Below are positions 28,860-43,591 of a stretch of 64,000 nucleotides of DNA, one piece after another (within the stretch, counting starts at the first letter, position 1; every line of letters begins with the position of its first letter). The position numbers and the translations under genes are program-made. The notes beneath the pieces are model-generated. The model was not told the origin of the DNA. It ran no database searches and worked only from the letters and a program-made list of their open reading frames with translations. Source of the stretch: Eledone cirrhosa (taxonomy: Eukaryota); NCBI GenBank assembly GCA_964016885.1, contig OZ024746.1:34410001-34474000 (forward strand). Direction: 5' to 3'.

Positions 28860-31025
28860 ACGGCGATGAATTAGTTTTTGCGAGGTTTTTTATATGAAAT
28901 CGTGTGTCGAAACAAATATTGTTATACTTGGGGAGGGTCATATTTGTGTAATATTGCCAGAATTAATAACAGAACACACTCACTGTTTGGTTGGTTTTCG
29001 CATTTCGCTTCTGTGTCTTTTATATGGGTAATCAAATTTATGCGGTCCTCAATGTTGCCATTGACTGACCAACGGTAAAAAATAATACAGATACAATATA
29101 GACACAAACACATATATATAATTTATCAAAGTTCTTTCGTTGCACATCTGCAACATCGTCCGTGGTGCTATAGATTCCTCCCTGTTGCATTGTATTTCTA
29201 CGCCATCTTTATGTAGTCTGTTTATATATTTATTTATTTATTTGTTTGTTTGTTTATTTTATTTTGTCTTCTTTGCGCATGCGTTTGTGTGTGTGTATAG
29301 TGTTTTGTTTGATGTGTGTTCGTGATTGGGTGACTGTGTATTGGTTAATGTGTTCTATGTTTACTAGTGTGTGTTTATATGTGTTTGTTGTTATTGGGCT
29401 TGTGTATGTATTTATTTATTTATTTATCTATTTATTTATACTTCTCTTAGGTCAGTGTTGTTTGTTGGGGTGTTGTTATTCCACTCATTCTTTCTGTTTA
29501 GTCTTGGCCTTCTAAGTTCTATTTCACTAGCCTCTCTGATTTGCCTATCTGCTGGGTCATTTCTATGTTTAGATATTATTCTAATTTCTATGTTGTCTAT
29601 GTTACCATCGCGTTGTTGTCTGGCATGTTCGTATAGTACTGACCCGTTTTTTCGTCCTTTTAGTTCCCTCCAGTGTTGGTCTATCCTTTCACCTATGCTA
29701 CGAGCTGTTTCGCCTATGTATGTTGCTGTCATGTTTCTTCAAGTACCCTCTGTACATATTATGCTATAGATTACGTTTCTAATTTTACAGTTTATCCGGG
29801 GATTTACCTTACATATGATACACTTCCTATTAGTACAGTGGATTTTCTTAAAAGGGTAGGTTTTGCTGATCAGGGATTTTATGGGGGTTCCTGGCTTTTC
29901 TACCACCTTTATCTTTAAGTGGGTCTTTCTCAGGGCCTTTCTACACTGGTTAGCTAATTTCCCTCCAGGGGTAGCATCCACAAACATGACACTCTGGTAA
30001 TCTCTGGTTGTCGTACCATGAGGTGGCTTTCCCTATCTTATGTCTGGCCATATCTAAGCTATTCCAGGATTTGCTCCTGTATAATGGGCAAATTCCTTTC
30101 ATGTCCAGTTCTATGAGGGTCTTAAACTTCTCCATGGCTCCTTCTTATACTCTGACATTGTCTCTTTGGTTGTAGCCAGAGAACTGAATGCGGTTGATGA
30201 AGTGTTGGATGTGTCTTTCCATTTCTGTTGGGTCGCACATGCGGGACACATTCTTCATCACTCGTACCAAATCTGCGATCAGAATATTAAACTTAGCACT
30301 ACTGGACATTGCTGAGATTTTGAGTATCAGGTATTTGGAGGCCATGGGTTTAGCATAGTGTGAGTGGAGAATGTGGGCTCTCTCGTCTATAGTGTTAATC
30401 CAGAGTTCCGTGTCTAATACAGGTAGTCTATTGTTAGGGTGTTTGGAAGGGTATTCGATAGTTACAGTTATACTCTGGTGTATGGAATTAGCTATCTGCT
30501 GGATGCTTTCCATTGTGCTACGTTCTAAATTAAATTTGATAGTGCTCTCTAGTGGGGATGTTCTTATAACTATATTGATATCATCTACGTAACGAGTGTA
30601 CATGATGAGGTCTATGGAGCTCTCATTAAGGAGATCTTTAAGACTCCTTCCCCACCATACCATAAAAAGGTTGGCAACATCACTAGCTATGCTGACGCCA
30701 ATGGCTGCTCCCTCATTTTGGGTGTAGATCTTCTCTTTGAACTGGAATATGTGGCCCTTTAGGGTAGTTTTGATACTAGCCCCTATTGCATGTGCGACCA
30801 TTTGTCTACCTGATCATTGTTTTGGGGGGTCCGTATAGCTTTGGTCCACCCAATCCACCTTCCCATGGGAGTCTTTTTTGCCATGGAGGTTATGGTGGGG
30901 GTCTACCTCTTATGGGTCTACTAGGGCAGAAACGTCTATGGTCATGGCTGTCTAGGTAGTCAGTGTCGTAGGTAAGTCTAAGTAGGAGGCCCAGTTCGTC
31001 TGTGTCGACGTCGCAGAACTCCACG
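28860..31025 (-). mobile_element. Older, 5'-truncated, frameshifted copy of the 54444-58300 PLE family
   Basis: ORF pieces 30145-30801 (YVDD), 29950-30135, 29739-29987 and 29436-29732 (YIGET) are nearly identical to the 724-aa ORF; it ends in the same 3' tail. Confidence 0.95.
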
Positions 31026-31232
31026 TAGTATATACATTGTTTTTACCCTTTTTCTTTCGAGCATATATGAAAAGTGTTTGTGGGCTTCCTACTCTAGAAC
31101 CACATATATACATTGACCATGTGAGAGTGGGAGCTTAATTGAAATCACACGAAAATCCTTAATTATTACCAATTTTCTTTAGTATTAATAACCGTCAACA
31201 TACAACCAAACTTCATTTTTATAAGTATTATG

Positions 31233-31295
<63 letters not shown>

Positions 31296-32166
31296 TGATT
31301 GCAAATACATTTTTCGAGCCTTCCTGAATCCACTGCTTGTATTGCAATTTCCATTTGCAGTGTTATACTTCCATAGTTCTTCATGAATCGAGAGACCCTA
31401 TTGGTACAAGTAAACCAATATCATCGAAAACTGTTTACAATAAGTGAATTGTATGCTAAAAGCTATCAAAATCTTTCTCTAGAGTAGAAGCAGACATACC
31501 CTCATATAATATGAATATATGAATAGTTACCCTCCACTTTCGTGTGTGTGTTGATGTAAGGCCTGCATATATGTATATATATATATGTTACAGGTGTGTA
31601 TGTTTAATGTGTCTCATTCGTTTACTATCATATATGTGCAAAACATACTATCCAGTATGGTCTCCAATGCTAATAAATTTGGATACATGCATTATACATT
31701 ATCATTATATTATTTATTATCTTGTTCATGTTTGCAAAATAAAATAAAAATAAGATCGATAACAATATATAACAGGAAAATATTTAAACAAAAGCCAAAC
31801 AAATTGTGGTCTCTATGCTGAATCATGAAAACTTAATTTGAAGCGAAAAAAAGTCAGCAAGCAGAGAAACAGGTATATATTGATTTGAATAACTAACATT
31901 GTGTGGTGAGTGTAGACGTTGGATGCATTTCAAGAACATGTGCAGACATGCAGATTATTAAATAAAAGCTCAGTGCACATTTTATAACAGCCTTTCACAT
32001 GAAATCAATTGAGTCGTGTTGATAAGGGAAACACTAATGAAATGATGAAACAAAAGGAAAGAGGGATGAGAGCGTTGAAGGCGACAGAAATGTTAAGAGA
32101 GTGGGAGACAGAGAGGAAGAAAAAGATACAGAGAGTAAGAACAGAACATGATTAAATAAGGAAGTG

Positions 32167-32240
<74 letters not shown>

Positions 32241-33490
32241 TATTATATTATATTATATTATATTATATTATATTATATTATATTATATTATATATATATA
32301 TGTGTGCGTGTTTGTGTGTGAGTAAGCAGAGAGTGGAAAAGAAAGCTTGAGATAAAAAGAGGGGAATACATTAGAATAGCTCAGTTTGAGAGAAAAGTAA
32401 AGAATAAACGAAATCAGAGTTTACCAAAACAGTCGTTTAAATATGTTAGATTATTGTTTGTTATAATTCAAGATGGGTTGTTGCTGTTGCAATTGTTTAT
32501 TTAAATTGTTTTGTTTCTCATCTTCAAACGAAAGTTTTGTTTGTCATTCTTGCCGTTATAACACACTATTGTTCAATGCTGTTGTAGTGCAGCTGAGTTG
32601 GCTTTTTTCATAATCAAACTAAGTTAATGTTTTTCTGCTTTGTTTAGTAGCAAAACAGACAGTAGGGGTAATCCGGTGAATAAATATAGAAAGCTAAAAA
32701 CAATAGCGCCATTGTTTTTGCATTTGAATTGTTGCTTTACTGGTATATTACGGGAATATTGTTATTCTTTCTGTATTTTTCATTGTTTCATAATTTCATA
32801 GATTTGTGTTTGCATTTTGTTCTTTATTCAAGTAGCTTCCAGTAAAAGTAAATATCATAGGTAGCAGGGAAGTACAAACGAATAAAATGTCTTGCAGTAT
32901 TTGGATCTTCTCCTTAATATTCTATACAGAGATAATAACGAAGTTGAATATTATCTCTCCACAGTAAATACAGTTCATTCCCATCAATTCAAATAACGAT
33001 TTAATGAACGATCTATTGCATTCCGTTCGCCCCCAGAATATGTTTGAACTTGTTCTTATGTAAACATCAGTATTTACATGTGTCTATATCATGTAATTCT
33101 TTGAGTTCAAACTCAACCAGTGATGCAACATGCCATTCATATTGCTGCAATCAGTAGTATACCTGAGTATACAATATTAGTGACAAGACAGTAATTTGCA
33201 TCCTTGAACACAACCAACAGAAATATATTCATCCACACACATTTCTCTCTCCCATATATGTACTCATATCTATATGCCTATAGCGGATTTTCAACTAGCG
33301 AATTTTCGACACCTATATGGCCGTAGTTTAAAATTCCTCTATTTGAAGCATGCGTCCTCGAGTAAATGTTGCTAACTATTTACCGAATTCGTCTTCTGGA
33401 CTCAGTGCTCTTACCCTTGGATATTTCTACCCAAGTAGTACTACAGTTTATATATATACTATGTATATATATATATATATATATATGTGT

Positions 33491-33768
33491 GAAAGCGCAT
33501 GGCTTAGAGAAGTAGGCTTGAAATCGAAAGGTTGTGAGTTCAATTTTCGGACCGGGTGATGTGGTGTTTCCTTGAGCAAGAGAATTTATTACACGTTGCT
33601 CCAGTTTACTCAGCTGATAATAAGTACCAGCAATAGATGGAAGTTTAAACCTGCGATGGACTAGCGTCCTGTCTAGGGGAAATCATGTACTCTCAGTCGC
33701 TTCACGCAATGAAACCGGGATAAGCACCGGCCAAATGAGCCTTCTGGCTTAAGACAGACTTTAGACTT
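33491..33768 (+). mobile_element. S1-related SINE with alternative 3' tail
   Basis: tRNA-like head and TCCTTGAGCAAGA motif; tail shared with 5575-5632. Confidence 0.75.
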
Positions 33769-33884
33769 ACGGCCTGCCCGCCCAGCCAGTAGGATGGCGT
33801 CATCATATGGCTAAAACAGAATGTGCTTTGACCGGCGGCGCCGTATGGCGCCCGACAGACTGGTCTGTCAAGGTGATCAAGGTG

Positions 33885-33991
<107 letters not shown>

Positions 33992-34376
33992 GCAAAGCAT
34001 CTAGCGTTTGAAGCGGGGAGGTGTTATGATATTCATATAGCTTAGAAAGTCGCATGAAATCACCAACGAAAGCGGAAAATATGACCGACAGTTGCAATGC
34101 AGAATCGAACATTGTACCTTTCAAATGCAGACTAACTGTTCTACTAACTGATACAACGATCTCAGTTGAAATTTGAAAGTTAGATACTATGGGTTTTGAT
34201 TGTATAAAAAAGTGTCGGTAAAGTGTCGAATCATCGACGCGCCAATGAACAGGGAGTTTCATAGAAAATGTAAGAAGGTCAGTTGCAAAAAATAATTATG
34301 AACACATTTTGATTCCCAAAATGTTTGCTATGAAAATCGGGTAAAATAACCCGGTGTCTGAGGTTCCTATATATAT

Positions 34377-37000
34377 ATGAATACTAAATATAGGAAGTTC
34401 AAAACCAACAAGCTTCATAAAGACATGGATACCTTTCTAAACAAGCTGCACACCACTAACGGGATTATTGTCAAAGCGGATAAAACATCTAACGTGTACA
34501 CAATGGACATTAATACTTACCACGACCTTATACGAAAGGAATTACATGAAAAATATAAGAAAACCAATAACAAAGCACTACTTAACATCAACAAACAAGC
34601 ACACCATATTGTCAAAAGTCTAGAACTTGAAGATAGAACTGAGCCCATGACAACTTGCACCCCCCCCCCTTTAATCTTAAGGACCACAAATTAGATTTCC
34701 TAGATAAACCCACTATTAGTTTAATATGCCCATTTAAGTCAGACATAGGTAAAATTAGCAAGCATATTTTAGATAGAATAATAATACAATTAAGGAATAA
34801 ACTAGTTATTAAACTTTGGGACAATACTAGCGACACAATTAAATGGTTTAATAGTATAGATAACAAAAATACCTCTAACGTTATACAATTCGACATTAAT
34901 GACTATTACTCCTCCATATCACCCGATACTCTAAACAAGGCACTAGAATTTGCGAAAGCCAACTCTGACTTAACCGACGACGAAATAAACATTATCCTAG
35001 CAGCTAGAAAGACGATAATTAAATTTGAAAATAACTTTTGGATACGTAAGGATAGAATAGATAACTTTGACATAACTATGGGTGCTAATGACTCAGCACA
35101 AGTTACGGATATTGTTGGTATATACATAGCCCACACCTTACATAATAAAGTTAGTTACCTTCAAGGCGGAATATATAGAGATGACGCTCTCCTATTAGTT
35201 AAAAAATGAATAAACAAAACATAGAACGAACCCGTAAGAGCATTAGAAGAACCCTAGATAGCCATGGCCTTAAAATCACCTACGAATATAGTACCAAAGT
35301 AGTTAATTTTCCTAGCTCTAACCACCCACTATCTATTATAAGGTCCGTACCACATAGTATATCACTTAGAATATCCCGCCTCTCATCTAACCAACAAATA
35401 TTCGATCAACACGCTGAATACTACAATACTGCATTAGAACGGGCTGGCCACACTGACAAACTAGAATACATGGACCCACACAACCATAAAACACATAACC
35501 ACAGACACGCCAAACGCCCCACAAACACCCGCACACACGCACCTAGAGCCTCTAATACTAACCACACCACAAATACAACAGCAACATCAAAGCAAAACAG
35601 AACACGGAGTAGATCTTACATTTGGTATAATCCTATTTTTAACTCTTCTATTAGCTTTAACTTACCTTCCACATTCTACAAAATTATAAAAAAACACTTT
35701 CCAAATTCACATAAATATAGTAGTATACTTAATACCAAAACAATTAGACTATCTTATTCCACTGCTCAAACCTAGACGCACACATTAAGATGCTCAACGC
35801 CAAAAAACTCCGTAACAACAACACCCCAATCACTCAACACAATAATACACCTAATACACAACCACCCACTAACAATCAGTATGCACAAAACACACTCACA
35901 CACACATCCCAGCCCCTTTATAACTCCACCACTGCCCATAACTGAAATTGTAATTGCCACCTTCCCGAGACTTGTCCATTGAATAACGAATGTTTGCATT
36001 GAAACCTAGTGTACAGGTGCTCGGTTGAGTCGGGCAACCAAACCAGGCACTACATAGGCAGCACTGCAAACACCTTCAAAACTCGTTGGTACACGCATCG
36101 TTACGCAATAAAGCACCACCAACACCGTTGCGTAACGACTCTCGCCGACAAAATTTGGCACTTAAAAGAGAGTAACCGACAATACACCCTTAAATGGACC
36201 AAACTCTCACAGGCTCCTCCATACCGGAGTGGGAGGAAAACGTGCCCGTTGTGTAATAATGAGCTCTTCCATATCCTAATCTCAACAAAATTGAAAGGTC
36301 AATTTTTTGCCAGCATAAACTGAAAGCGAAATTCTCACGCTTCAAACCTTCAACCAAATCCTAACACTACCTATCTTTCTGCCCTAAATACCAATTCTAC
36401 ACCCCTAAAAATAGACTATATATGAAATTTAATACTTTCTTCCTTCTCTGTACTCTGGTAAGACTTTCGCCTGTCCACTTCCAAATGCCTCTTAAAATTC
36501 TATCTTCCTTCTCTCTCCCTCTACTCATCACAACTTTTAGCACACAACCCTCCTCCCCCTCCCTATACAAATCCTCTCACACCACACTATCTCTTTCTCT
36601 TTCTCTCCCTACCTCTATCCCTTTTCTCTATCTCTCTCCCTCTCGTTTGCCCCTCTCTCTCTCTGTTCCTCTATCTTACACTACTACCCCTTATTTCATT
36701 TCCTAAGGTCATTCCAACTTTGTATTTTGAAAATTCGGATGCTACAGTATCTTTCTTGATTGCCTATTATGACATAGTGTAGCAATAATGGACTGAAATT
36801 CTGATGAAACAATTGTTAATACGTGGATTAAATTATTTTGTAACTGTTTACCTTCGTCCTATTTCTCTTCTTTGATTACACTCCTCGTTTGTTCGTGTTT
36901 CCACTACAGAATCCCTACCAAACTGTCGAGTCACCTTAACATATGTTGAGAACTTTCCTCACAACTTGTTCTACCAAGCTTTGGAATACTCCTAATAACT
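34377..37000 (+). mobile_element. Decayed Naiad-type Penelope-like element (RT + GIY-YIG)
   Basis: KADKT, LKDHK, FDINDYYSSI, FDITMGANDSAQ, GIYRDD, IWYNP, CNC..CPL...C, VY..YIGST...FKTRW..H, KW..L, CPLC..E. Frameshifts and stops throughout; TA runs at both ends. Confidence 0.88.
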
Positions 37001-37454
37001 GAATATATATATATATATATTAGCTCTGTTTCTCGACCGTTATATCGCGTGACTATCTCCCCCTCCGCCTTTTGGGATTCTTTCTCACGTCGTGTAGACG
37101 CGTTCTTGAGACTAGTAAAATGAGGTATCCTCTTGATAAGTCGGCATACCTCGCAGGGACTCTATATCTTTATGATATATTGTTTTTGTTTATGCCACGA
37201 AACTACGTAGTCGAGGAATTTAGGAGCAGTTTAGGTGTGATACATTTTATTACTAATTATATCTAAATGTTTCTTCTCTCTTCATAATGTATTTTTAACT
37301 CTGATACTGGTGCAGTCTAGTTCAACTGAATTGGTCTGTCCCAGTCATTCATTGAGCAACATCGGTGAAGTTGGCACCCTTAACTCACAGTTGGGTGCGG
37401 ATGCATTCATGTATATATGTGTGTGTCCGCATGTATCTGTGTGTTTCTAAATAT

Positions 37455-37525
<71 letters not shown>

Positions 37526-37997
37526 AAAAATATATTTTTCTCTAATATACATAGGAACCCCAATCAAATCAGAGAAGCATTTATTCATATTTAACTGAAG
37601 CCGCAATCTCGTTTGAGGGAATATAATCTAGAAAAGTAAGATAAGATAGTTTCACTGATATAAGGTTCCCAGCGGCAGTTTCAGGAATTAAGAAACAATT
37701 CCAATTATATCAATAGATTAAGACAACCAATATTAGAAGACAGATCGTAAATATGGAGATATTTTTTTCGAATATAGACTCAATATTCAATAAATGGCAT
37801 ACAGACCGTGTCGAAACAGCTTATTGGATGTCTTAATTTATTGAGAAAATCGTTAATGATCCTTAATTCCAGAAACTGTAGATGGGGAACTTATATGAGG
37901 GAGACTGACTTATTTTAGTTTATCTAGGTTATATTCCCCAAATCTAGTTTTTGTCAAAGTTAAATATATTTATATATATATATACATAAATACATAG

Positions 37998-38068
<71 letters not shown>

Positions 38069-38605
38069 GGTGTGTGTGTGTGTGTGTGTAGGTATATTTG
38101 TATGTGTATGTGTGTATAGGTGTAGAGGTGCAAGATAATTGCGTCGTAGGCGGTATACCGAGTGAGCACTCGATGCTCTTGCAGAGCAGAGTATCAATAG
38201 TATAGGAACAAAGGAAAAGAGAATCAGTGCTGTGTCATAACGTTATGATGTAACACTGATTTTTTGTTCCTATATATATATATGCATACATATAAACTTA
38301 CATTGTGTTCGTGTGTGTGTGTGAGAGAGAGAAAGAGAGGGAGAAAGTGAAAGAGAGAGTGGGAGAGAGAGAGAAGGAGCTAGATATTAAAATCGACAAT
38401 TTTAGGCTTCTATAAGTATTATATTTCATACATTCGTAGCTTTCCCCTGGGGGGACATGTATGTAAATACGAGAAACCTCTTATAAAATAGATAAACCTA
38501 GAACAATATAACTTATGACCCCATGCACATACACACTCAGAAAGATATGCACCTGCATCGGCTGTACACGAAAATGTATATATCTATGTATGTATGTATG
38601 TATGC

Positions 38606-38684
<79 letters not shown>

Positions 38685-38686
<2 letters not shown>

Positions 38687-38828
38687 AAAAAGTGTAACCC
38701 CGACGGCAGAGCTCAAGCCGTTTCGACGGCTATTTCTGGACTTTTTCCTATTGCCCTCTCTACTACCCTAAATATTGAGCACTCTGGTGCGTTATGGTCC
38801 ATCTGGTTCTTTACCACACTTCCTTCGT

Positions 38829-38830
<2 letters not shown>
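38685..38830 (+). mobile_element. Family B element, internally deleted
   Basis: Left arm (CCCGACGGCAGAGCTCAAGCCGTTTCGACGGCTA) is joined directly to the tail; (TA)n flanks. Confidence 0.75.
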
Positions 38831-38859
<29 letters not shown>

Positions 38860-39049
38860 TTTTTTTTTTATACATTAAAAGAGAAAGCTTTAAGCGATAC
38901 TCTGACCAACTCCATCTCACTCAACAAACATTAGCATATACCTAAATATAATCCCAATTATGTGTTTAGGGTGCTAACTAGATAGTATTCCGTGGATAAT
39001 TGGTTGTATTATTTTATATGAGACATAATTAAATAAATCTCTCTTTCTT

Positions 39050-39170
39050 TCCATACGATCGTTTCGTTATAAGATTTCTACAAGGTGATATAAATAATGT
39101 CCAAGTTATGTAGAAACTTGTATATAATCCAAAGATATACACAAGTTGGCCCTTATAACTCATCAGCGGA
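39050..39170 (-). ncRNA. Type I hammerhead ribozyme motif with long stem II
   Basis: Minus: TCCG-CTGATGA-GTTATAAGG...TCTTATAAC-GAAA-CGATCG-TA|TGGA. Confidence 0.75.
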
Positions 39171-39246
39171 TGCCTATGCAATATCAATATAAACAACTAC
39201 ATCGATATTAATAATCAGTGATGGTCTCTGTCAGTGCATATATCTA

Positions 39247-39298
<52 letters not shown>

Positions 39299-40439
39299 AG
39301 CAAATTGGAATTCGACATCATATTGTCAAACTAATATCACGTAAGTGATATTGATCGTCATTTTCCCAAAGCTTCGCAATCAGAGAGAATCTGGAGTCAG
39401 TTGATTTGGAAGTGAATTTCTTAATCACAAAATATCTCCCATGAATTGATACTTGCCTTTAATTGACATGCATATTGCATGACTCCTATCGGGACTATCT
39501 TATTATTTGCCATTGATATATATGATATCATGTTACAGAGAACTAAACAGAAACACCCCCGCATCTGGCAACCGCCATAATAATATTTTGAGCCAATGTG
39601 TTACAACGAGTATTATGGAATGAGATCGAAACATCGTCGGCATTTAACATTGACATGATTGTACTTCCTATCTTATCATTTGAGTTTCCAACTCATTTCC
39701 AGTATATAACTTGTTTAGTGTTTACTATGACGTCTCCTGTCGTGTTAATTTACTAGTTTGCTTTCATGAAATTTTTGTTCTATATATGTTGTTTTCTGGA
39801 AAGCTGTTTGAACACGTTTGAATAGAATCGCAGACACCTAGGCGTTCACATATGAAACGTAACTACTAAAGTATTGAATATGTTATGTACAGTACACTCT
39901 GTAATACCAAATTAAATAGCACTCAGTACATAGGGAAGAGATTACATTTATTTGAAATTAGTAAATGATGCACTCCATTATTACTCATGTTTGTACTCAG
40001 TCACACGCGACATGTGTCTATGAATCTTCAGACGATATTGAGGGTAATATTGAGGATAACAATATTGACAATATAGTTTGTTGGATCACAATTATATACA
40101 TTGTGTGTCCACTTGAGAGTGTGTGACTGTGTCTCTCTGTGTGTGCGTGAGTATATGTGTGGGTGTTAACAAGTGTGTGTTTTAAAATCAAAGTACAGTG
40201 TGAAAACTTTCAATGCTTACCAGCATATGGTAATTTTCCATAGTACATTATTACAAATATATGAAGTGCGTGCTATTTCTTATCCCCCATTAATCTCAAT
40301 GATTTCCACTTAACACAATATCTTACTTTATTTTTCTTGCCTTTTTTCTTCCATTTTTCCTTTTTCTTTATTTTATTTTAGTCACATGTGACACTCGAGC
40401 TATACAATTTACAATATCGTCATCTTCATTTCATATAAA

Positions 40440-41350
40440 ATTCTATGTGAACATGTTATACTGTTTTTCTTTCTTGCACCTTACCCCATGGACAACGCCT
40501 TGGCTTGTACCAGACGCTGAGAAGCCGGGTGGACCAGCAGTTCCATTTATATGGGGAGAAATTGCCAAAGTTCATCTAGACATCCGAAGATCGTCGAGTT
40601 CTGTGTCTTTCATTTCAAATTTTATATTTTTTAAGGTCTCACCTTCAAAACATTATATTTTCTTTTCCCCTGTTTTCGGTGATTTCCTCGTTTTGTCTTC
40701 TCTTTAATTTTCATACTTTTATTGTTAATGATCTATGACATTCGTATTCTGATGTATGCATCTTCGAATCTTTGTGGCGACACGTATTCAACATCCAGGA
40801 CGCTAAACTGTACACAAGCATCGTTTCCATAAAAATGAAAACCCATTTGGCTTTTTTCTCCTTGTGGATGGTGGCCTCCTACAGCTTGTGCAATGTGTAC
40901 ACTCCTTGACTAAGCCACTCTGGCATCCATGTTTTGACAGGAATCAATGTCACTTGCCCACCTCATATTTGAAATCACTGAGCCATTTCTTGCGCAGAGG
41001 CGATCAGCCATAGACAGACTCGTGTATATGTAATTTATAATCTTGGCATGCATTCTAATCTCTGATGATGAGATCCGGTGCAGCTTCGATATTTTCGAGA
41101 AGCGCGATGTTTCAGTTCGCCATGTATATTATAGACAAATGAGGAACAATAATTGTTCGAGAGGGTCATCTTGGATAACACCTGTGTCAAAGATGAATGC
41201 ATCAATCTCACCTTCAGGTGTGACTACTACCGCAGAAGAATTCTCATAAATGTCGCGGATAGTTCTGACTACATGCTATGTAGTCTTGATTAGGTGAAAT
41301 GCCGTAAGCTTCGAGAATGTTGTGCATTTTCTTGCGATTGATGGAGTCAA
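40440..41350 (-). mobile_element. Decayed RTE LINE RT fragment
   Basis: Minus: SINRKKMHNILEAYGI, IRDIYENSSAVVVTPEGEIDAF..DTGVIQDDPL..LLFLI. Confidence 0.7.
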
Positions 41351-41741
41351 AATACTTTTGGACGTATATAAATACTAATACAGCTTGCATGCTGCACATA
41401 AATGCTAATACACTGACGGCATACGGCGATGAGCCAGAAGGACATGTTGGAGCGGCCTCGAAGTAACCATGCTGATTCGAATGTCACACCGTGTCCATAA
41501 CTAGTCAAATTCTGTAATGAGACACTCATCGCAAATGCTGGATGAACAGTCTGTTTTTTTCGGAGAGAGAAAGAGGTGAATGAGAGTGAAAGAAAGAGGT
41601 TAGGTAAAACAATTACCTGCAGTTGCGTATAACGATATCATTTCTATGGTAGAGTTATTCGTTTTACTGTACACTAAAAATATATAGTTTTAAAAATCTA
41701 AATATATATTAGCAGGAATATAGCCCAGAAAATAATTAATT

Positions 41742-41793
<52 letters not shown>

Positions 41794-41828
41794 AAACGAC
41801 TGAGAGTTTATTCTCAAAATATAATATA

Positions 41829-41878
<50 letters not shown>

Positions 41879-41986
41879 GAATATATATATATTTAATACA
41901 TGAATATATATATATTTAATACATGTATATATATTTAATACATGTATATATATAAATATATACGTGCAAACACATATACTCACATA

Positions 41987-42182
<196 letters not shown>

Positions 42183-42213
42183 CAGAAACCACAAACCCGT
42201 CATCTCAATTCTA

Positions 42214-42250
42214 CTTTTGAAAAGCATAAGAACTGCGAAACTGGTAAAGG
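42214..42250 (+). ncRNA. Minimal hammerhead motif, U3-A8 variant
   Basis: CTT-TTGAAAA-GCAtaagaacTGC-GAAA-CTGG-TA|AAG. Confidence 0.45.
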
Positions 42251-42795
42251 CACCAAAACAAATATTCTTAAAAAGACTCCAGTTGCATTTTCGATTTCAT
42301 CCTTTTTTCCTTATATATATTTATATATATATATATATAATATATATGGATTTGTCGATTTAAGCTTCCCTAAAATCTTCTCTGGCAGATTATTACGTAT
42401 TACAGCATTGCATTATATACCCTGACAAACAGATAAGATTGTTTCTCTTATCATTCATATCATATAGGCATACACATTTAACACACTCACACACTCAGAG
42501 AGACACACTCATATGTGAATATAATTATATACATAGCGTTGAGTATATATGTGTTTATGTGGACTGGGCAGGGTTTTACAGATGAGTCTCTGAATAATTG
42601 TTCATACAGCTGCTTCTCGCCTGTGTGCTGGTATGAGTATGTGATGTGTGCCCATCTGCGTTACAATGAATGTGTATTTGTAGTTGTTTACGTTTGTTTC
42701 CTTCTTACTTTCATGTTTTCTTATATCCCATTCAAATATCACCGACGCTTAGTCAGCATTATACGCACACATAAATATATATATACATATATACA

Positions 42796-42864
<69 letters not shown>

Positions 42865-42934
42865 TTTATAACAGGCCCAATGATTTGGGGTGCATAACAC
42901 AACGAAACTTAAGTAACTATATATATCAATCTTG

Positions 42935-42995
<61 letters not shown>

Positions 42996-43294
42996 ACGTG
43001 CGTGTGTGTGTATTTATGCGTGTGTGTGTGTTTGTATGCATATAGATATACGTGTGTATATATGTATTTTTGGAAGTAACTAAGACTTTAGAGGTAGGTA
43101 TAAATCTTTCACAGCCATGTGGTTTTGAATTTATCCAATACATATGGGTGGCTACTTGGAAAGGTGTCCTCTATGGACAATCATACAAGGATACGCACCC
43201 TACCTGAATTGCCTTTTCAATTAAGTTCGGTTCACGGATACCTTGTGGACTATAGTTAGCCGTTATAGAGAGAGATTGATAGAGAAATATAGAA

Positions 43295-43338
<44 letters not shown>

Positions 43339-43514
43339 ATAATTTTCAAATCACTATTCTTATTCTCTCTCTCTCCCTCCCTCTCTCTATCTCCCCTCTC
43401 TCTCTCTCTCTCCCCCTCTCTATCTCTCTCTTTTTCTCCCTCTCTCTCTCTATCTCTCTCTTTCTCCCTCTCTCTCTCTTTCTCCCTCCCCCCTCTCTCT
43501 CTCTCTCGTTCTCG

Positions 43515-43591
<77 letters not shown>

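Noticed and set aside
35943-36002. In-frame TGA codons near the Naiad Cys cluster as possible selenocysteine (known in some Naiads)
   Set aside because: The conserved cysteines are all TGT/TGC. The TGAs (35943, 36000) are at non-Cys positions, best explained as CGA>TGA decay in a copy that is also frameshifted.
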